The position numbers were made by a program, and so were the translations under genes. DNA of 59,626 nucleotides, counting the filler, from Sphacelaria rigidula (Eukaryota): assembly GCA_964200075.2 (NCBI GenBank). It is 7 parts of 7 records of this genome, joined end to end, with 100 filler letters (N's around TTAATTAATTAA, not from the genome) between each part and the next. Parts side by side here need not be neighbours in the genome. Positions count along the whole stretch, not along the records: positions 51,195 to 59,626 come from CAXNAA020011147.1; 6 more parts are not named here. One strand, written 5' to 3'. The stretch's first letter is position 1. Every line of letters starts with the position of its first letter. Under the pieces are notes generated by a model. That model made no database searches. It had not been told where the DNA came from and saw only the letters and a program-made list of their open reading frames with translations. Shown here in pieces: positions 51,195 through 59,626 of this stretch.

Positions 51195-51372
51195 CCGCCC
51201 GACGAAGTCGAAGCGCCAAACTCGGCAACGGTCATCCCCGAGGTGTCAATACCGCCCAGCGCAGCTTGAAGAAAAGGGTGTTGCACGGTGGCCGGCGGTT
51301 ATGACTATGCCCCAATGCCCCAAGTGCTTGTTCGCAACAGAGACCATGAATCTTGTGTGGAACATCTTCACC
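51195..51372. repeat. Direct repeat of 59385-59554, present at both ends of the last contig
   Basis: ccgcccgacgaag.cgaagcgccaaactcggca...ttgttcgcaacagagaccatgaatcttgtgtg.aacatct.cacc. Confidence 0.9.
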
Positions 51373-53257
51373 ACCAGAGCGAAACGTGTGTTGCCGGATG
51401 TGGTTCCCTGCAACGAATAGAGGCTACAGAGGAAAGTACCGTCGAGAAATGACACAAATAGTGCACCATCGCAATGTTACACACATGGGAACCGCAATCT
51501 CGTTATAGTACCAGCAGCGGCGATAGTGTCGGCAGTTTCGACGACGCCTCGGGTGAAGCGTTGTCCTGGTGATCGTAGATTTACAGCCGAAAAGCCTTTC
51601 TCAGCAAAATGTCCCGAATCATGGCCATATTGCCGTCAGGTACACTCGAGAGAAAGAAAAGTAAAGCTGAGAAGAAACCGATGGTCTCGGTGCTTCGTCG
51701 ACGCCTTTCTATGTTGGCATATACGAGTATGGGTATACATTTCACAAACAGGGACAAGTTCCGACCATTACTCTTCGCCTCCACACCGCTACCGCGGACT
51801 TCAGGCATGTCAGCTCTAGGGCGTCATGTGATGTCATTCCGAATCGTGGAGAGGAAAGTATGGCAGACCTCGAGTTTGCACCCTTTGTTCCCGGGTAGCT
51901 GACTGCAAATTGAGAATGTGGGGTGGGGCCCTCAGTCGGCTCAGGTACTTGTCTCAACAGAGCGTCGCTAATGACGACGGAGAGAGCAGTTCTTGACGTT
52001 TCGCGACCGTTGAGGAGACATGTCCGTTGGAAACGAGAGCCGTCACCGCCACGGCGTGTAGAACTGCACTGCAAAATTTGGTTGACGCGCGTTCGCAGCA
52101 CAAAGCTGAAGTTCAGTACAAATGTTCACGTCCGATTCTCATACCAGAATAGCATTCGGGGGTCGGCGCCTTTTGTGTTGACGATTTGTCGTGTTGCTGT
52201 AGTGGTTTCCGCTTCAGTGGTGTGTGTCGTTCTGGTCCAAAGGCCACCGCTTGCACATCGCTGGGAGATCTCGGCCTCGGGCATCACACAGACACCGATC
52301 TCACGGAGCACTCGTGTGAATCTGATTCGTGGGCAACGAACGGCGTTGAACTAGGCGTGGTACGGCTCGCTCGGGCGGAAACACTCGATGTGATCACCCT
52401 GCAGTGCAGTGGTAGTTTGTGGTTGCTGTCGAGATGGCACGACGCAGTACCGTTCGACGTGCGCAGTCAGTATAGATGATGATGTTGTGTGATCGCACGC
52501 CGACTAACTAGACGTCTGCTCTGTGATATGAAATGACAAATAGACTCATGCGATCGGTCGAGCCGGTAACTGCTGCACGTGTTTGTTCTGGGCGTGGATC
52601 ACATCAACAGGAGTCAACGTGACAGAGCGTCCGCTTTGTGCAATGTCGGATGTTGATGTGAGTTTTGATCGGTCGCTTCCAGCCTCACTCATCCTTGCAG
52701 TGGACATTTGTCGTTGCCGGTCGCCCAGGGGCCATAAGGTATTGACCTGATACCATACCGCAAGTTGCACGACATATTTACCAGCGACTGCGGTCTGAGC
52801 TCCTGACCTTCTCTGTTCGCTTACATCACGCACGCTGCGAACCACGTCGGATATATACTTACTCGATCCCTGTGCTAATGCTCCCACCTCCCCTCAACCT
52901 ACCCATCTATCCCGACCTGCAGGCGTGTCCATCCCCCCGCCTTCCGGGTGTTTGTCTTGGGCGGACGTGTCCCCTTTCCTCCTGAGTGGCGTGATCATAC
53001 CCGAGAGGGGGTTCGATGATGAGTGTGTGAGCGTCGACTCGTCTGATACGACCGTATGTGCTGGTGGGGTCGAGGTGGAAGATGTGGGCGACGGGGTGGG
53101 CGTTGCTGTGACGGACGGGGGCGGCCCGGAGACAAGCGCTGGAGTAGGCGGAGTCAGCAACAACCCGCACCCCGAGGTTGGTTGATGGCCCACCCGGTAT
53201 GATGAGTCGCGAGTATCTTCTGTAGGAGCGGTACAGTTGATTTTTCGAAGTGTTGCA

Positions 53258-53635
53258 CACCCTGGACAATACAATATGTTTTCGGTATATACTGGTCGAT
53301 CATATCGGATGTTTGCGATATGTTGCCGGCGTAATATATGTTGGTACCTATGGACTGTACACGTATTTCGCGCCGAATATATATATATACATATATATGT
53401 GTGTTGATGTCGTGGGACTGCGTCGATATTGCCCGTCCAATATATATATCGGTCCCATTGGATTGCACACATATTGTCCCATCAAAATATTTCGGGGCAG
53501 TGCGGGCGACGGCGTATTGCACGACCAATATATATTGGGGTCGCATTGAAGAGGAGATATTGATGGGTCGATATAGATTGGGGCCGCTTGGGTGCCAATG
53601 TGTTGGCCGGTCAATATATATTGAATATTTTACGT
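53258..53635. mobile_element. Left end of a CACTA/EnSpm-like element (CACCCTGGACAATACAATATG) with caatatatattg-type subterminal repeats
   Basis: The terminus is the reverse complement of 57857-57877; dense degenerate AT-rich repeats follow. Confidence 0.6.
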
Positions 53636-53792
53636 ATGGTGTACGCTTTCAGAGAAATCCAGACGCGATGGATGCCGGAGCCCGTGCAGGTTGGGAAACG
53701 TTTCAAAGAAAGCCGCAGAAGGTCGCGTGCATTACTACAGAGAGCTGTCGAATGCGTTTGATATATACTTCGAAGTATATATATATATATAT

Positions 53793-56788
53793 AAACAGGC
53801 TGTATGGAAAAGTGAGGTCCAGTATTTCATACCGAGGTTCAACAGAATGACGGTCGGAATAAGGTTTTGCCCGAAAAGCTACAACTATCCGACCAATGAT
53901 ACTGATAATGCGGCAACACAACGGTAAGTATGACAATAATTCATTCCTTGTAACTTTGAAGTGTATAATCACCCTCGTGCATGCGAAGATGTGCAGTGTG
54001 TGACCTTTAATGTAACAGCGTTGTGTGTTGACCCGATTCTGGAGCGATACGTATTTCGAACAATAGTAACTGCACAGCAACGTCGATACCCTTTGACCGT
54101 GAGGTAGGTCACCTGCTGAATCGGCATAATCAATTCACTTGAAAAAGTACACATGATCCACATGGACTATCCGCAACGCGGTCAATGGGTTAATGTTGAA
54201 ACGGTTGACCTGTTTCCAAGGCATCCGTTTCCTGTTGCGGAGTGTGCTGGTAAAGAATACAATGGAATCATACGCATTTACTGTCTGCAGGTGTGCTGGT
54301 ATTACTAGTAGTATATATTAAGATCGGTGATGTGGGTGGAGCCGATCCTTCCGTTCGTGATTGCAGCAGGTGTGCTGGTACAACACGAAATCTTGCAGGC
54401 AGAGTTACGGCCAGCCGGGGTGTGGTGGATAGATATATACATACAGCAGTGTTGAAAATCGGGCATCGATACTCGATACGATTTCGATAATATCGGTTGA
54501 TACGGCGTATCGGTATCGCCGCTTCTTATTAAGCCGATATTTGTCGATACGTGTATTTGTTTATTTATTCTACCGGGGATGGTGGACAGCACCTCGTCCC
54601 ACCGCCCACCACCCCGCCACCCACCACACTCCACACACAACACAAACCACACACCACACAGCCACTTGCTGTAAACGACATCGGTCTGCAACATGGGCCG
54701 GGCCGCCTTCAGACTTTCGACTTAGGGCGGTAGCTCAGAGTCTGTGGTCGACGTTTCTGCCGAACCGTTTGTATTTATGTCTGCTACAGCGGCTGCTGCT
54801 GCACCAGTGGCCACCCCGGTGCCCTCAACCAAGAGTGAAGAGATCGGGCAAGCAGAGTTACCCGCGAAGTTTTAGGTGTCTGGAGATTATACTTCGTTGT
54901 GCAGCCGACACGGAAAAAGTTGGACCTATGCTGCCGACTTGTCCCTTGTTTGGCACGGAGAACAGAAAAAGCGAGCGCGCATTTGCATTAATCATTCATC
55001 GCCCAGTTTCGACGTTTGGCGCGTGTGTTATTGAATAATGAGTGCGTTCGCAGTGCGCAGTGCGCAGAGCCGAGGTAAATGCTCAAATTCGACAGAAGCG
55101 TGACGGAATAGTGGCCGCGAAATATACTTTGGTATACCACCGGCTTAGATAACACACTATCGAGCATGCATCACACCTCGAGTTGTGATCAATTCCCCCT
55201 TTTGCGACTTGCCCCTTGCACGATTAACCATTTTTGTCAAACCGAAGCATCACACCGCGTCTTGTGCCGCCACTTCTATCATGTTAGACAACAAATCACA
55301 CACTGGTGCTGCTGTACCTTCATACAACCAGGCGTCTACCCACTCCGGGTTAGGTTGCCAGTGTCAGTGTAGTACCGTGAGATCTTGCAAGCTGTGTCCC
55401 CACCAAAACAGCCGTATCGTATTGTATCGATTAGTATCGAGTGTCGATACGTAATAGGTCATTTTTTCGCGTATCGAAAAAAATATCGATATCGACGTCT
55501 TGAGGTCGATACGTTGAAAATATATTATCGAACGTTTTTTCCATTCGATATTCAACACTGACATACAGACAACGGAATATCCTGTGGCACACTGGCTGCG
55601 GGGGTCGTCACCCGCAGCTAGCACGCCTTGACGGTGTGGCTGCCCCAAACAGGCCAGTGTGCGTGGTGTATACCTTGTCAAGGATGGCATACAGCATTGT
55701 GTCACGTGGTTTGGTCGTGCGCGTGTTGTCTTCAATTTCTCGGATGCGTTGTGTTGGCAGTACGGCGTGTGTTGGTGGCGGGGTACAAAATAGCTGCGAC
55801 GAAGCGAACGAAACTCCTTGGAATATGAGAACTATAGTCGTTGTGGCAGCGATGCAAAAACAGTTGAAGGGTGTCATCGATGTGGTGAACAACTCCGGGG
55901 CATATAGGGAAAACAGCTACAGTAGAGTTCAATCATGCAACCGGGAACATTTAGAATCCAGATAAGCCAGTTTGCAACAGATTTCCACTTCACAAGTTTT
56001 GTAACTGTTGGCAACGCCTGGCAACTCGGTGTCCTCGTGAACCGGCGAAATTAATTGCGACAATCCCGTTTTCATGTTGAATAAGGTCAGTACCGTTATT
56101 TCAAGTATTCCGTCAGATAAATTGCCACATGGACGTAAACGCGGTCCCGGTGTCGCGGTCTACTGTTCTTCAGTGATTCACGTTTTGAATAGTTGAAGAG
56201 CACTCTGTAAAAATACTCTGTGTCCGTAAACAAGGGTCGGTATCATGGAGATGCTGCCAACTCTAACGCTGATCCTAACCCCGACCAAGGCATATCGAGA
56301 CCCCTCGGGCAAGAGGGAAGCATAGTATTTCGTAAGCAAAGTGTGCGTTGCCAGAGCTCAATTCGACGCCCGTCTTGAGCAGGAAGGTGATGGACCAAAA
56401 GTCAGCGTCCAGTGAATCTGAGAATTGATCTGGTTTCCTCAGAGCTAGGCGGAAAACATTGCCCAGTGGACTGGGGTCCGAAAAATCAATGCACGGGAAA
56501 AAATCGGATGAAGACGAGCTGGCATCCTCGTATTTGTACAACTACGGATTGGTTGCCACACGAGACGGTCTAACCAGCGTCATTGGTCATTCTAGAGACC
56601 CGGTCTCGAAAGGATCAAGGGAATTACTATGTCTTCCCAGTCTACAAGCGCACCCGAGGCCCGCGCCATATTGGTCGACCAGCAAGCCCCGGATAGTTGT
56701 AACTATTCGGGCAAAACCTTGTTCCGACCGCCATATTGTTTAACCTTAGTATGAAATACTGAACCTCACTTTTCCATCCAGCCTGTTT
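53793..56788. mobile_element. Candidate ~3-kb element with ~100-bp inverted repeats (53793-53891 / 56690-56788) next to TA-rich sequence
   Basis: aaacaggctg.atggaaaagtgagg..cagtatttcatac...aaggttttgcccgaa.ag.tacaactatccg and its reverse complement. Confidence 0.5.
54447..55560. mobile_element. Non-autonomous hAT element (1114 bp): TIR CAGTGTTGAA, 8-bp TSD ACATACAG
   Basis: TSD at 54439-54446 and 55561-55568; (t)atcgata(c) subterminal repeats at both ends. Confidence 0.93.
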
Positions 56789-56994
56789 CTATTTATATTG
56801 GTCACAACATATGTTGAGTGACAGGAGAGGCGGCCCGGTGCATGTGCCTTTTGAGACCTATCTAGCCACCGGTGCGGGGCCGCCCATCCCCTTCACAGTA
56901 TATAATATATCTTGGCGACACGCCACGACGACAGAAAACGCGGGTCGATATACGCCTTTCGGTACCCCTGTGATCACTGGTGCTATGATGCTTG

Positions 56995-57877
56995 TACCCT
57001 GAACAGTACAATATGTTCCAACATCATACCAATACTTTTTATTGGAGACAGCGAAAATATTGTCCTTCCAATATATATCGTGTTGAGATGTCCTCGGAGG
57101 CATTGAAGCAACAACATATATTTCTCGTGTCATGATCGTGAAGTAATACATGACAAAGTATATTGTGCATGCCGACCGTGTATGTATTGAAGTGTCAATG
57201 TGTATTGGGTCGAAGCGATGCGTAGCATATTGTGACCATAATACGTATTGAACACAAACCATGCCAAACGTGATGTTTTTTCAAAATATATTGCGCATGT
57301 TCATCGCATAGCTATTATGCAGCCATATATATTGAACACGCTTGCGGAGGAATATATTGAGCGTTTCCGGCATGTGGTGATACATCTTCGAATGGCGCCC
57401 GCGAGCATCAAACTGCCCACCATACGTTTTGCAGCACACTTTCCAATCTACACGTTGAAAATCAATACAATTGCTACACCAATATGTATTGTGACCGTCG
57501 GTTCCCTCGTGTATTGTCCGCCAAATATATATTGGCGCTTCGGGTGTTGAGTATATTGAATCGTCAACAAACATTGACCTCGTGTGGCAGCCAATATATT
57601 AGTTGACAATCATATGTTGGTGCCTTACCGCACCAACATATTACTCGGTCAATATATATGGAGGTGGCGCGTGTCGTGATATCTTGTTCGGTCCATATAT
57701 ATTGCATGTCGCGAGCCTTGACATATCGATGGCACGATATATCCTGACGTGTCTCTCGTGCCATTATGCTGCTCGCTCAACATATATTGACCATCCGATG
57801 CGTCGACATATTGAGCGGGAAATATATATATATATATACAATATATATACACATTGCATATTGTATTGTCCAGGGTG
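56995..57877. mobile_element. CACTA/EnSpm-like non-autonomous element, possible 2-bp TSD TG
   Basis: taccctgaacagtacaatatg ... catattgtattgtccagggtg; TG on both flanks; interior filled with caatatatattg repeats. Confidence 0.6.
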
Positions 57878-59554
57878 TGAACTGTTGACAGAGGCCACTG
57901 GTGGTCGTGATGTCAGGATTGCGAGGGTCGGCCACGTGGTGACAAGTTCCATTTTCGCAGCTCTCGCTCTCGCTTCAGTGCTTGTGTGTTGAACAAAGGC
58001 TAGCCGAAAAGACGAAGGTTCTATGAACGCACAGACGAGCTGCTTTTACCGCTGGCAGTACGCGATATTGTCGATGGTGCAAGTGATGGTGTTGACTCGA
58101 TCGACAGACGGCTGGGTTTGCTCACGCCATGTGGCCGTTTTCGTTTGTCGGGTGGTCGTCATGGTATGCTGGAGATGCTACTGACGTGCTGCCTTGGTTG
58201 TCCCATGTAACGAGTGCCTTGTTTCCCACCCACATTGTTTCAGTGAGGCTTCATGTCAGTCGAGCTGCTGGTCTGAGGCCCGGCGTTGTGTTTCTGTATG
58301 CACATTTTGTATCGCACGTCGACCCCCTTCCCTCCCTCGGATCAAGTCCGTGGTCTAATAGTCTCGAGGGATCGACCCATCTCTGGTCGGTACACGGCTC
58401 GCATCTTCTCTATAGAGCGTGTAGCACGGAAATACAACTAGATAGCCGACATTCTGATTTCAAGGGGTCTTCATGTTGCTTAGGAATAACTGAACGCACC
58501 GTCACGCTATCATGTCGAGCTTCGTTGTGTAGGTGCGGTGCAGTCCCCATGGTGCGATCGTTCCTTCTCCTCGTTGTGTTATCCTACCCTGGAATTGATC
58601 GGCGTGCGACTATAATAAGCGTCTGCACCATGTTGGACACACAAAGCAAATATCGAACATTTGTGGTGGGAAAAGGTAAACGTTCCAGGTTTCAACGAGA
58701 TCGATGTCACCAGTACAGGGTATTCTGCTCCGACTGTCCTCACGTGCCCGCCCGACCCCGCACCGCATACCTGCAGCAGAGACCGTCTGAGGATACTACC
58801 GAGGAGGCGGCGTCATCAACGTCGGACGGTGAGAGAATGACGAGATCGCTGCAGTCTGCTGCGGTGGTGTCCTCTAGGAGCGCGGCGGTGTCTATGGCGG
58901 GTGAGTGGTTCGGTGTTCGTATATCCTTCGGCACAGCTCGTGAAATAATGATGATACTAAAAGAAATCAAGGCAGCGTCAAAGGGGTACGTCGCGACATC
59001 TCCCACGAACTATACTCACCAAAAACTTCAAGAGAAGAAACAAACAGGGACCAGGGGATACTTCGCACCCTAGTGTGCTCGTTCCCGCTGTGTCGCAGTT
59101 ATAGTAACTCGTCATTGCAAAAAGTGTCAACGGTTTGCCTGGATATGCACGAGCCGTGAGAAAGCGGTGTTCGGCTTGGTAACGACGGTGAGAACTCCGT
59201 GGTTGGCCGAGAAGGTATATGTATCATGCCTGTGCGCTGCCTGGGTTGCGAGAAATCCGTGTGAGGCTGTACACAGCTGTACAATATCCGTGTCGTTGCC
59301 CGAAACATTGGCGGTGTTGACGAGGCGGGGGAGAAGGGGATGTCACCTGGGGAAAGTGTTCCGCTGTCGTCGCCACCGCCGACGCCGCCCGACGAAGCCG
59401 AAGCGCCAAACTCGGCAGGAGTCATTCTCGAGGTGCCAATACCGCCCAGCGAAGCTTGAAGAAAGGGGTGTTGCACGGTGGGCGGCGGTCGAAGTTAAGC
59501 CCCAAGTACTTGTTCGCAACAGAGACCATGAATCTTGTGTGAAACATCTCCACC

Positions 59555-59626
59555 GACACTTTCTACGATAGCCCCCCCCCAAAACCAGCTAAAAATGTGA
59601 CGAAAAAAATGGCCATACAGCGCCTG
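59555..59626. mobile_element. Left end of a GACAC-TIR MITE, same family as 989-1246; truncated by the window end
   Basis: gacactttctacgatagcccc...aaa.cagc...atggccatacagcgc matches 989-1067. Confidence 0.85.

Noticed and set aside
58129-59073. 314-aa ORF as a protein-coding gene
   Set aside because: No recognisable domain or splice support; composition looks like chance or antisense to decayed TE sequence.

Overview
Repeat-rich eukaryotic nuclear DNA, most likely from a brown alga. That assignment is inference from long GT-AG introns with a pyrimidine tract plus CAG acceptor, RCC1-repeat exons, (CA)n-tailed tRNA-SINEs and chromodomain Gypsy elements. The window is not one locus. It is seven unrelated contigs of 8433/8432 bp joined by 100-nt N-TTAATTAATTAA-N spacers, so nothing should be linked across spacers. 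Host coding sequence is limited to two RCC1-repeat exons, one 462-nt minus-strand exon and an exon present as a tail-to-tail foldback. Most of the rest that can be identified is transposable-element derived: two chromodomain Ty3/Gypsy elements, a LINE RT remnant, SINEs, a hAT element with an 8-bp TSD, a MITE with a 4-bp TSD, a young 4.2-kb element with ~320-bp TIRs and a 3-bp TSD, and CACTA-like pieces. The most unusual items are (1) a Gypsy gag-pol core bounded by TGTG...CACA and flanked on both sides by inverted PBS-internal-LTR modules, (2) a Gypsy integrase with a chromodomain followed by a Tudor/PWWP-like domain, (3) the long-TIR cargo element and (4) the 1.75-kb exon foldback. All alignments and domain calls were made by eye.
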